Origin: Vicugna vicugna
Lineage: Eukaryota
Length of the DNA: 64,000 bases
NCBI GenBank assembly: GCA_013265495.1
Contig: MU059829.1
Location: 4,236,409 to 4,300,408 of the forward strand
Direction: 5' to 3'
A model generated the notes under the pieces. That model had not been told where the DNA came from. It saw only the letters and a program-made list of their open reading frames with translations, and did not search any database. This document shows, one piece after another, positions 13,036-25,223 of this stretch (its first letter is position 1; each line of letters starts with the position of its first letter). The position numbers and the translations under genes are program-made.

Positions 13036-16000
13036 ACTGACTCCTCTCCTCCTCTGCAGTCTCTCTGGCTGAGGCATTCCTGGTGAACCTCACGGGACCT
13101 AAACCTCTGAGTGACTTATTCCTGCAAATCTGACGCGTCTGCCGTATTTGTTGTGCTGTTTTGTCACATGTCAGGAGGCTTTTGTGAGTCTTTATCTTTT
13201 TTCTTCAAAACACAAGCTACTTAACACCATTACTGATTCATGGGAAACTGTGAAAGTACACTGGTCTCTTAACAAACCATTTTTCAACCCCAAGAGGGTA
13301 AATGGTTACACCAAGTCAAGGGGGACTTACTGTTGCCCGAAAGGACAAAATAATTGAGACATAAACACAAGCAAACTGCAGACATTCCTCATACACATTC
13401 CATAAGCCTGTCAGCACAGTGGGGCGACTCCCAGTGCAGAGGGGCCGTGAGCCCTGCCCACCGAGCAGACCACTGCCGTTCAAAGGCGTCCCCTCCACAG
13501 GTTCCCCGAGGGCAAACCCGAGGGCGTTCATCACCAGACCATCCAGCCGGGGACCACTTACAGCCACGGGAAACGGCTGTCCAGCGGGTTCAGACCCCCC
13601 CCCCCAAACGCCCACACAGAATCGCTCTGCAGAGATCTGCTGAACAGGCACGTGGCTGCATGGGGGCCGCCGTCACCTCCACGCTGCACCTTGCCACCTG
13701 TGCCGCCCCTCCCACCCCGGACGCTCCTCCCACCCAGCGCCTCCTGTCTGAATTCTAACTGACTAGTTTACAAACTTTAACGAAAATAAGGAGAAACGTG
13801 GGCACCTGTGCGAATGCAGATTCCTGCGCCTCGCTCCTGGGGTGGCCAATTCACGCACCCTGGGTAGGACCCAGGAACTTGCCTTCTGAAAAGCTGGTGC
13901 TAAAGCGACTGGGACGCGGACACGGCTCCGTGTGTTTATTCCATTTCTAAGTCACGTGCCGTGGCGCAGGGGGAACAGGCCTCGCCTGCATGTGTCCCTG
14001 TCACCTCCACATGGCTGCTCGCAGGAGTCCTCCCAGGACGCCCTGCCTCCGATGCCCCGGCCAGTGGCTCCTGGGGCCCCGCGAGGGGCTCACGCTCTGG
14101 AGGTTCTGTTTGCAGAGATGGTTTCCGCTGGATTCTCAGTGGAGCAGAGACACGCGGATTTCAAGTTTGACCCACAGAACCGCTTCCTCTCTCAAATCAC
14201 TCAGACCTCACGTGGTTGCGAGGCCAGCACGGAACCAACACTGGCTGCTGCTCCAGGGCTGACCTGGCCAACGGGCAGTGCTGCGTCCAGCCAGGCGGGG
14301 GACGGGTTGCCAAGGTGCCTCCTGGAGGCGCTGGTGCCCTGTGCCCCATCCGCCCGCCAGGCTGCTGCCCAGTCAGCCCTCTGATCCCCACAACAGAGGT
14401 GACCTTTGATCACGGAGCTCAGAAGCTCAGGGTAGCCTTCTGCGCTGACCGCCAGCATCCAAAACCATCTTCCCATCGGCCGCCGGCTCTCCAACGGTAC
14501 CTGGTGGGAGCTTGCAGCGTTCACAAACCAGTGAGCAGTCCACTCCCAGAGGGGCTCTGCGCACAGTGGGGGAGTCCGATGTGCTTACAGAGAGCCCGGT
14601 GCAAACTGCAGGGTGAGACAGGCCCCGCTGGACTGCGATCACTGGTGACCGGAGGACACCCACACCGAGGCTCCCCCAGACCCTGTCACTGCTTAAATGC
14701 CTGCAGGGTCACGTCGGATGTAAATAAACCCACAAGGACACAGGCGTCGGAGACACGCTCACCGAGCCTCTGCCTGTGCTGCGACTCTGAGGGAGAGTGA
14801 CGCCCTGTTAAGTGAAAACCCTGCAGAATCACCAGCCTCCACTTACTCACCCGGCTGCCGGGATTTGGTACCACAAACACACACGAGCGAACAGAACGGA
14901 ATCATGGCCGGTGTGACGGTGGGAAACACGGCATCCTGGGCAGGCTGGTCCCGAGAAGACCTGGGGGCGGCCTGGTGCTTCTGACTTGCACCAGGCGAGT
15001 CCCGCCCCTCCTCCTGGAGCGAGCTGTCCACAGCCCAGGCGGCACGTCAAAACCGGCGGTGCCACCGTCGCTTCTGGACTCGCTCTGTGCAGGAACGAAG
15101 CTGTCCCCTGGAAACTGCTAAGCTGACCAGCGTACCCCCCAGACCAAACAGCACATGCGTCGTACCCTTCTCAGTTCACAATGAAAAATAATCACAAAAG
15201 AGTCTCTTAAGTGAAAAAAAAGAGCCCCAAGGTCAGAGAAAGTCACACACATGCACACGCACACCCCCAGAAAACCGGAAGACAAGGACCAGCCCCTTCC
15301 TGTCCTGGACCCGGCCCCACGTTGGGGGTGTCCTTCCTCCGACTAGCCCCGAGGACGGGGACCCCGCTCTGCAGGTTCCGACTGCCTGGGGCACAGACTG
15401 CAGCCAGCGAGCTGTGTTCACAAGGGTCTTCACCAAGATGGAAAACCACTGTCTTCATGAGCGTTTTCTGCACTGAACAGCCCACTTCTAGCAGCCAGCC
15501 TAGGTCTCATGCGCAGGACCCGGACCTGGACTCACGGGCTGGCTGCGCTGGCTCCGGGCCGCAGAGGACGGTGCTTCCCCGCAGCCCAGCTCGAGGGCGG
15601 GCCCTCTGCCAGCACCCATGGGGGCCCAGGCCTGCCGCCTCCTCGCAGCACGCCGCACCCTCGGCGTGCCAGGCGGGGCCCACCCGGGGCCGCTCGGTGC
15701 CCACTTCTGTGATGCTTTCAGCAGGGAGGGCGGCCTGGTACACACCACAGCCGGGGCGGGCTGGCCTCCTGCCGAGGTCGTCAGTGAACACGGGGGTCTG
15801 CACTGACGGCTCCCCGAACGCGCTGCTGGAATCTCTCAATTTACAACAGAAGTTTTGTAACCACGAGTCCCACCTGACTGTACCGACCACTTGTGACAGG
15901 AAGATGCACTTGAAACGCCAAGTGGCCTCCTCTCCCCACGTGAGGTGCTTCAGACAATGCAGGCACTTCACCTCCCCCAGGCAAACCCAGCGAAGCCTGC

Positions 16001-17453
16001 ACACGCCGAGTGAGTGCCGGCCGGCGCGTGTGCAACTCGCACACCTCTCTCCAGAAGCTCAGACAAGCAGGTGAGGGCCCAGCCAGGTGCAGGGCCCCAG
16101 GGGGGACAGACGGGCCCGCGGCTGTGAGGGGCTGGCTGCACAGGGATTCATCTCAGGAGCTGGGACGCAGCCGGACCCTCAGAACAAACCTGCTCCGGGT
16201 AGTCACACTCACAGTCCCGGCGACTTGCTCAGGCTGTTCAACTGCAGCAGCTCCGTGAAGGATGAGGGCACGGGATGCCTGAGAAACAGCAAGTGGTCAC
16301 CACTTCACAGACGGAACCAAGCACCCCCAAAGTCTTTAAGCGTACAAGAGCCTCAAAGGTAAATCTGGTGGCCTCCATGTTTTCTGTATTTCTTGATTCA
16401 AACAGCTTCTGAGACGAAGGCAGCATCAGCTCGCTTTTTGACAGTCACACAAATCCCTTAAAGAGACCAAGGGCAGTCTGCTCTGCTCTCTCCGAAACAT
16501 GAGGCAGGCCGGGGCTCTTAAGCAGCAAGCCATTCCCGCCGGCGTCAGCAGGAGCACGAGGGAGGGGGGGAAGCCAGAGAAGCTCGCACCTCGAGCAGGG
16601 CCAGTCCGTGCAAGCTTCCTCCGATTTCAGTCAGTTTCAGTTCCACGGATCGCTCACGTCCTTTGGGAAATGGAAAGTCAGGGTCCCGCTAAGGGTCCCT
16701 AAAGTGATCAGATCACCAGAACATGAGCTTGACAGTTGTCGGTGGAGGAATCACAGGCAGACACTCTGCGGGGCCGGTGAGACTGGACGCTGGCCCCAGC
16801 AAGGGCAAGCCTGTCTTTAAAGGGCCACGTGGGTCCACGCCAACCATGCACGGTGGCCCACGGGTTAAACACCTGGTACAGATGCAGTGACTTCCACACG
16901 AGGCCACTCATGCGACCGTGACTCTTCAAGGTCATGAAAGAGCAATTTCTACACATGGAAACAGCGTATTTATAAGGTCACCCACACAGCCCTGAAATGT
17001 ATAATCTTAAGTTAACTAATAACCCAAAATCACTCAGGGCAGAGTGGCACGAACTGTGAATCAAGCGTAAAGGTGGCATTCTCAACACAAGTAAGTGAAC
17101 ATCCCGGCTCGCGCACCTCGGGGAAGGACTAGACTGCACACCCGCGCACAGGGACGCACGTGGCGCGGCAGTGACGAGACGGCATCTGCTTATGTCTCAG
17201 TGTGATGCAGCACCACAGAGTTTTTTTTTTTTTCTTTGCTTTGTTTTTTAAATTTTAAGAAGTTATGTGGTTGACACAAATCATTACATAGTTTATTTTA
17301 CTTGGCAGCTGTAGAGTGACCAAATACAGTTTCAGTTACATGAGCTTCATCTAAGTGGCTGTACGCTCACAGCGGCACAGCGTATTAGGAAGGAAAGAAC
17401 CACAGGCTGAATCTGCGTGTCTGAATCATAGCTGCGTGGACGTGAACGGTGAT

Positions 17454-17524
17454 CTAGTGTCTTCGGTACCCAGTGCCCTCGTCTGTACAATTGAAATCCA
17501 GCTCCTGTGTTGTTTCAGGTGTCA
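17454..17524 (-). CDS. Candidate terminal coding exon (xTPETTQELDFNCTDEGTGYRRH*); gene unidentified
   Basis: Minus-strand acceptor ctccacgttttcttgccctgattcag|; only one of three frames open; AATAAA at 17297-17292, about 160 nt after the stop. No homologue recognised. Confidence 0.2.
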
Positions 17525-19502
17525 CTGAATCAGGGCAAGAAAACGTGGAGAGTGACGTTTCACTTCCCAGGGGACCCAGGAAACCAGGGGAGGGGAAGCT
17601 TACAAAGCACCTGTCGCACGGCCGGGGACCCCACACTATTCCCTGTGAGGTCCCCCACCTCCTCTTTGACACAAATACACAAATATGAGGCTGTTTTGGG
17701 AGAACGACTTAGGTCAGGAAGCGCCAGGCACACACTGGTGGCCGGCCTCCTCCACGACGTCACATCACCCTGTGTTACTACACCAAGAACCGGTCACACT
17801 TGCCGACAGGAAGCAGGACTCAGACTGGCCCAGGACGCGGGCGGGAAGTGCGTCTTCCTCCACCGGCTGAGAGAGGACCGGGCCCTGCACGACCCGACTC
17901 GCCTGGACTAAGACTGGCCACCAGGGCTGCATCAGTGGGAGTCGCAGACCCGGGGGGGAAGGAACAGGAAGCTGAAAGTCTGGTCTCTAACCATGGCTCC
18001 AGCGTCCCTGGCGCGTGCCCTGGGGAGAGTCCGGACTCTCAGGGAAACCGAAGCTCCCAGAAGGCAGCTGCGACCGCCTCACACAGAACCTACTCCACGA
18101 GCTAGAAGATCTCATTGCCGCGTCCCTGAATGTCACTCTCCTCACCTGAAAACGAGAAGGATGTCGTCCAGCCCGCATGGCCCCCGGTGGGCCTGGGCCC
18201 CACTGCACCCCTGGGCACTCGGGCCCCCAGGCCTCCCGCTCGAGGCCGGCCACAGGGAATGGCGGGAAGACTGCTCCTGTCAGCAGGAAAGGCAGGGGAA
18301 ACTCCTGGTGCCTCGGGGTCCACGTGACTCACTGGACACCGGCGACGCCTGGGAGAGCCCCCCCGAACAGCCGCAGCCGCAGGAGCCGGGCCAGACTTGC
18401 GGGGAGAGGGTTGGGTCGGGGAACCAGCCTGGGGCCTCGAGTGGAGGGGTGACTCCTGAGACCCACCTCCTCCCCTGTGCTACGGCAGAGGGGACTTCCG
18501 CCCGCCCCCGCGGGCCTCAGTGGGGTGGGAGATGAACGTGCCGCACGAGACACAGGCGACAGGGACACCCGTCAGCACGAAGCAGAACACAGGCCCCGGA
18601 CGCGGGGCGCTCGGGCCAACGTCCCTGACGCAGGCTTCAGACCCGTCTCCGCCATGGCACTCTGGCATCTGGTCAACCCACCTTCCGCCACCCTGCCGTT
18701 CCCTTGCCATGTGACCTGGGAGAGTCCATGTTTAACCTCCGTTTCACCAGTCATTGTCTTTATCAGAGGAGACTGTCCACAGCACGGAGCCCATCTCGGG
18801 AAAAGGGGGTTTTCGGTGCCAAGAGCATCACAGGACCGTCTGGAGAGCACACGGCAGGCTGCCTGACCCAGGGCGGCCCCAAAGCAGAGGCCAGCCCGCC
18901 CCCGCCCACCTCTCCTCCCAAGACCCTCCCCCCTGCACCGAGGACTGCCTCCTCGGGGGCTTCCCCTTCCTCCTGGTTAAGCAAACGGGGAGGGAGAACT
19001 CACACTGAGCTCCTGGATTTCAGCCTAATTAAAACTGTCCCTCGCGGGAATCTGGCAGAACCGCACCAGCAGGGCTCTGTGCCGGGAGGGGAGGCCTGGG
19101 GAACGGGCAGCTGGTGAGGTGAGCAGAGGAAGAGGCATCCGGGCCGGCGTTCGACGCTGCCCCGCCAGGCGCAGGCTTCAAGGACAGCCCCTCGCACGCA
19201 CAGCCGCTGCCCCTCCGGGTGGCGCCAGGCTCTTTTCAGAGCATCCTGGCTGAGGGGAGAGGAGAAGCCAGCGGTGCCCATGGAGAAAAGGAGAGGGCGT
19301 CGTGGGAAGTCATGGCCACGCAGCGTGTAAGGCCAGGGCTGCGGGAGGCCACTTAGGAAAAGCTCTCCCGTCAGGATGTGGCCGCAGGGACCAGGGGGCG
19401 GGAGGACCCAGACGCCTACGCCGACCTCCAGGACGCGTCCCCTTCACCTTGCAACACCTGCTTTCCTGCCTCTGTCCCGTGACGCTCCTCTGGGACCCTC
19501 AC

Positions 19503-19630
19503 CCATCACTCACTCAGTCAACAAACACTCGCTGAGCCTCTGCCCTGAGCCGGGGTGAGAGCTCTGTGGCCCTGGGCACACAAACAAGCATGTGACGTCT
19601 GCGTTCTCAAGGAGCTCGTGGCCTCGAGCA
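19503..19630 (-). mobile_element. L2 3' end fragment
   Basis: catcactcactcagtcaacaaacactcgctgagcctctgccctgagcc...tctgcgttctcaaggagctc matches the antisense L2 tail (cattcattcaacaaatatttattgagc...cctcaaggagct). Confidence 0.7.
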
Positions 19631-21476
19631 GGATTCAGGGACTGCGATGCCAGTTCCAGTCCAGGAAGCTGCGAGGGGCAACCCTGGAGGGGGTGCTGGG
19701 GTCAGGACCTGCAGGGTCTGTGGGGAAGGGAAGCCCAACGCGTGCGGACAGCGGCAGAGGGGAGGCTGGCAACCTCCCACACGGCGTCTCGGGACTGCCC
19801 TAGCGCTGCAGGGCTGGTGGGGGCGTCAGAGGCAAGGACGCAGGTGGATCAGGAGGCCCCCAGAAGCAGGCGCAGGGATGAAGAGAGGACGACGGTTCGT
19901 TCCTGCCCACGGTGGCTCTGCTCCACACCGGGGAGGGTGTGAGGTCAGGGCTTCCCCTCAGGCTCTAAGGGGCTGGACGTCTTGGGGAGCAGGGAACCGA
20001 GAGGGTGCTAGGACAGGTCCCTGCATTTAAAAAGCTGCAACATCCGATTTCTACGACCCAGAAAACTAAGGCCTGGCTGGACTCCCTGCTGTGCACATGG
20101 CAGCCCCGTGGGTCCAGGGGTGTGGGAAAGGCCTCCCCGCCCCGCAGACCCCACCGCAGGTGATGCTTCCTCGTCTCAGCTCGTTTCAGGCGCCAGGGGG
20201 ATGCGCCAGATGTGGCAGGGCTCACGGTTGCCTAGCAACCTGCCCACGCTGCGCACAGCCCTGCTGCCTGAAATACCCTCCTGCAACAGAGCTTTTTTGG
20301 AAAGTTCCAGAGATCATTTTTAGAATGAGTTTCCCAAGGTCCCTGGATGGCAGCCTGGGTGCTGCGGGCGGTAAGGATCCTTCATCGCCCTGGAAAAGCT
20401 CCCAGGCCACCCCGTCCCTCCTCCTGGTCCCATGTCGGGGGAGCCTGGGCAGCCCAGAGGCAAGGATGCAGGTGGACCAGGCCCCCAGGGGGATGGGAAA
20501 TGGATGACAAGAGGACGGTTCATTCCCGCCCGCGGTAGCTCTCTGCTCCACACCTGCGCGCTGAGAGGTCGGCTGAGATGTCCTGGGCGTCTAGGCGGCT
20601 GCTAACGTGATCCAACCCCACACGAGGCCCCAGAGGAAAGCTCTCCAAAACCAGCGGAGGCATCGGTGCCCTCTGCGTGACTCCATCCACTGGCAGCGGG
20701 GGGCCACCTGCACTCTGAGCTGTCACGACACAGGGTCACCAAGCCGCCTGGGGTCACCCTGCCCGCGTGTCCCGGGCAGCGGAGAGGCAGAGCCGGCCTC
20801 CCTTCAGACAGGAGCCTGCCTGCTCAGCTCCCCTCCAGCAACAACCAAGGATGCCCCTCCGCAAATTAGAGGAGCCTGATTTTAATTTCACGTATTGGCC
20901 TCATAGCCAAGCGCGGTCGGCATCACATGCTCCGCGCGTAGAATCCGGACTTCACTGCTCCCTCTGTGCAGCCCAGCACAGTAGCCACTTCCTGCCCAAT
21001 CCTCCTCCGTCCAAGCTGCCCCCAGCCACACCTGTCCTCCCGTCTGCACCTGCGCCCGCACTGTCAGGCTCCAGTCCACACTGACTGCACCCACACTTCT
21101 CCACTGGGCCCATGAAAGGCAGGAGGGGAAGGCCAGCCGGATAGAAGCTCGGGGTGACGCTCCCGGCCTTCCTGAAGGAGGAACACACTGTACGTGGGGC
21201 CCCGCCTGGAGGAAGCATCAGGAAATAAGGCAAATTGGAAGGAAAGAGCCGTGAAGCCAGGGAAGGACCGTCCAGGAGAGGGGTCAGGTGTCGGCCTCAC
21301 AGTAAGAGGTCGTGATTCGTCTGAAACAGTCACCATGTTTGTTCCCTGGGGACCTCTGAGTTTGGAACAAAATGAGGCAGGACAGCAGCTGAAATCCAAA
21401 CCGCAGATGTGACCCAAAGGCCAACTGAATGCGCTTTACCGTAAACGTCGGCAGGAGCCAGGACAGAGAAGCGGCG

Positions 21477-21592
21477 GCTGCCCGGCCCAGCTCCCCTCCC
21501 ACCCGGGGCTGAGGTCGCCCTGGTGAGGGCTGCCCGGGGCAGCTCCCCTCCCACCCGTGTCTGAGGTCGCCCTGGTGAGGGCTGCCCGGGGC
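21477..21592. repeat. 52-bp tandem repeat, about 2.2 copies
   Basis: gctgcccgg starts at 21477, 21529 and 21581; units near identical. Confidence 0.95.
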
Positions 21593-21720
21593 ACATGCAG
21601 GCTGGTCTTTGATGCGCTGTGTCTGCCCGTCTACCCTCCCAGGTCAGCGTCCTCTCCACCCACTGGTACCTACTTACTGACTTTCTCACACAAAACAGCA
21701 CACACTCAAACCTTAAATAA

Positions 21721-22495
21721 CAAGTGGCATTATTTCATTCCTTTTTATGGCCAATTACTATTCCACTGTGTCCAGGTACTGCATCTTCTCTGTCCTCTGT
21801 TTTTGGACTCTTGGGTTGCCTCCTTATCTTGACTGCTGTGAATAATGCTGCCATGAACGTGGGGTGCATGTATCCTCTCGAATTCGTGTTTTTGTGTTTT
21901 TAGATACGTGCCCAGGAGCGGGATTGCTGGATCACGTGGCAGCTCTAGCTTTAGTCTTCTGAGGAACCTCCACACTGTCTTCCACAGCGGCTGCGCCAAA
22001 CTGCATTCCCACCGGCAGTGTGGGAGGGCGCCTTTCTCCAAACCCTCTCCAGCACCTGTCACTTGGGTTCTTTTTCGTGACGGCCATCCTGACAGGTGCA
22101 AGGAGACACCTCGTGGAGTAACACTCAGCCGTAAGAGAGAAAGAAGTGTTGTCACTGGCAACAGGGGCGGCCTTGGAGGGCGCTGTGCTGAGTGAAGCAG
22201 TCAAAGACAAACGCTGCAAGATCTCACACGCGGAATCTAAAAACTACAGCAAACCAGTGAAGACAACAAAACAGAAGCTACTCACAGACACAGAGAGCAG
22301 ACTAGTGGTCACCAGTGGGGGGGCGGCGGGGGACGGACCGTTATTGTGAAACAAGGAACACCGTGTGACCCAGGGCCCACAGCCGACGTTCTGCGATGAT
22401 GGTGAACGGAGCGTAACTTCTGAGAGCTGTGAGTCCCGACACTGCACGCCTGTAACCTACATGACGTTGTGCCTCAGCTATGCTTCAGTAAAAAC
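21721..22495 (+). mobile_element. 5'-inverted (twin-primed) LINE-1 with a Laurasiatherian-type 3' end
   Basis: About 21721-22115 is antisense L1 (gaggaacctccacactgtcttccacagcggctgcgccaaactgcattcccacc). About 22115-22495 is the adjacent sense L1 3' end (aaaaactacagcaaaccagtgaag...cacagacacagagagcagactagtggtcaccagtgg...tatgcttcagtaaaa). Confidence 0.85.
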
Positions 22496-23134
22496 ACTAA
22501 ACAATCTTTCACAAAGGAGCAGCCTCGGGATTTAAGAAAAGGCTTCCCTTTAAACTGGATATTCTCAAATTACAGACCCAATGGGTGCAACTAAATTACG
22601 CTCGACCCCGTGACTCTGAAAAGAAAGAAAATCACAACCCCAGCAGGCAGGAATCGGGTCACCGTCCACGGCGATGCCAGCGCCCAGCGGCCCGCACAGG
22701 CTGGAGGCACCCGAGTGAGGAGCACAGGGCGCGTCGACGCCATGAGCGAACAGGCAGCAGCGTGCGCAGACCTCAAGGACTGAGCGGATCGCAGTGATGC
22801 AGGAGGCAATTTAAAGTCATTACCACGTCCTTCAAGCAAAACATACAATGCACAGTGATGGTGGCGTTGGGGTCAAACGCACTGCAGCCACCGGACCGAG
22901 TCCATCAACACGGTGGCCAAGACCTGCCGAGGAGAGACGGGGACATCCGCCCCAAACAAATCATCAAACGCTCTTTATTCACGTTCCGCAGCTTCCCTGG
23001 TCAAGTAGCAGGTGTGCCTCACCTTCTAACGTGAATTACTTGCATATAAAGAATGTTCCTACTCCATGAGAGAGCAAAGAAAATTAATCAGGAGAAAATG
23101 ACTAAAATATCTCATTAAGCACATTGTAATTCTC

Positions 23135-23220
23135 TTACTTTCCTTCTCGCTTGTTTTCTACCTTCCTTCTTGCTTGTTTTCTACCTTCCTTCTTCCTTTC
23201 TCTTCTTTTCTTTCTTTCAA
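23135..23220. repeat. Polypyrimidine tract containing a 23-bp tandem duplication
   Basis: gcttgttttctaccttccttct occurs twice in a CT-rich run. Confidence 0.8.
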
Positions 23221-23879
23221 AATATATTTTTTAACACAGAAAACACAGAAGACAAAAAGCGCCGTGAAACACGGTCACTGTGCTGGGACCTCAGACGTTC
23301 TTGCCGCAGAGGAGAACTGGCACTGAGGCGACGCGACGCAGGTGCTCATGGAGGCCCCGGCGGTAACTGATCCACAGCAGGCGGGTGTCAAACCAACACC
23401 TGTGCACCTCAGACTTACACCGCACTGCACGCCAGTTACATCGCAATACAGCTGGGAAAACGGGGCCACTGCCCCTGCGCAATCGGCTCCGCACAGGGAG
23501 CAAACGGCAATTTACACACAGCCCATCACTCACTGACCACACTTTGATGTCACATGTTTTCCTCCAGGGAAGGCCTACATGAGTTTATCACGACTTCACT
23601 GGGTGGCATTTTGTCACTGAAATGGCTCTGAAAAACATTATACCGTATTCTTAATAATTATGTGGCAAACCTGCACCACTGAGCAGTGCCAATGGCAGTG
23701 AAACAATGTCGATCGTCTGGCGAACAAGAAGAGCCTAATTTGGACGGATTGGTTCCCACTGAGGTCACACCCCAACGTGCCCTGAGAAGTTGAAACCAAA
23801 GCTGTGGGTCTGAGACTTTCACCCAGTGTTTGATGATTTCACTCTAAAGCAACAAATAAAATAAAAGCAGGCTCATTAC

Positions 23880-24030
23880 CTCCGCTGGAACCACACATGT
23901 GCCCCTCCTGGGACATCCTGATGGGTTCTGTCCACAGCAGGAGAGGGCGGGTGTAAACCCGCTGGGCGGAAAGCTCCCTGCACCGCGAGAGGAGAAAACC
24001 ACAGAATGTTCGACGCTGACTGAACCCACG
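23880..24030 (-). other. Candidate internal exon, 151 nt
   Basis: Minus-strand acceptor ctgcctcttttcag| and donor GAG|gtaatg; open in at least two frames; no homologue recognised. Confidence 0.25.
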
Positions 24031-24849
24031 CTGAAAAGAGGCAGTCATTCCACTTAGGAGCCCGATAAACTGTCGAGAGCTCGGGTGGACAGGTCTGACT
24101 GAGATACAGCCAGTGCCAAAGGCATAGCTTCTCCTCCTGAAGAGCACGCCACTTCTCCGGACCTGCTCTGACTTAAGATGGACGGCCTGTCTGCTCAGAC
24201 CAGGGGGAGCCAAGGACCCTGCCTGCCGACCATGGATCAGAGAGCTGCGGTCCCTCCTCCTGCATAAACAAGGACAACTTCAAAGCAGAGACAGGATTTT
24301 CCCAAACACAGTGCTCTGGAAATAAACCATTTTCCTCCTTCTAAAAGAGGCTTACGAACGAATAAAGGAGGCGAGTTTCCTTTTTTAACTTTCTTTAGAA
24401 CGGCTTGAATTTTTATTGAGTGCCAAACACATTACCAGGGGAAACGTCTGAGTGGACAGGGTTCTATATTTCACAGCACGCTAACTCGCTTACGTGGTTT
24501 CCAAGGCGAGCGGAGGGCAGGCCCAGTGACCGTCTCGGGGGAGAACATGGCAAACTGTGCGAGACAAAGATGCCAAGAGGTGAGGGGTAGGTCTGGCCCG
24601 GCTGGCTCAGGGCACACCGCTCACTCTGGTGTCTGAGGAAGCTGGTTACACGACACCTTTTAAGACACAGAGACACGAGGAGACGGCAGAAGGAGTCTCT
24701 GCCCGCGCCTGAGACCTGACGGTGCTCCCAGGCCGCCGCGCGAAGCCGCGCCCCCACCAGGAGGCTCCTGGATGGAGGACGTCTCACGTGGCCCCTGCGA
24801 GCCCTCAGAGCCCTCGTTTCATCTCCACTAACCGACTCACTGCTTCGCA

Positions 24850-25223
24850 CTTTGTAAGTCGTTCAGAGTCGTGTCCAGGGAGAGAGCAGCAGGAGAGGCA
24901 ACCCGCGAGAGGTGGACCCAGACCCACAAACACTGGGTCACCCCAGCCATGTCCCCTCCTGCTCCTCGGGGGCCCGGTCACCCTTCCTGAAGTCGTAGGC
25001 TCTCCCCTGAGAGGCCTCCATCAGCCCCTTTCCCTGTGAAGGTGGTTTTTAAGCCTGAATTTAAGCCACTTGCGGAGTTTCTCATTTTCACCGAGTATCT
25101 CCCGGCTAAGCACGAGGTCCACATGTCAGTAAACTTCAGTTTTCTCTTGTTAATCTGTCTTTCATTACAAGAGGTCTCAGCCTAGAACTCAAAATAGAGG
25201 GAAAATTATTTTTCTTCCCTACA
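24850..25223 (+). mobile_element. ERV1 solo LTR, MER34/MER39 class (5' boundary uncertain)
   Basis: 3' end ttttctcttgttaatctgtctttcattacaagaggtctcagcctagaactcaaaatagagggaaaattatttttcttccctaca is typical of MER34/39-group LTRs. Confidence 0.8.

Noticed and set aside
15211-16074. 287-aa ORF, along with similar long ORFs at about 8.0-8.9 kb and 31.0-32.3 kb
   Set aside because: Open in several overlapping frames on both strands with low-complexity composition; expected in GC-rich DNA.
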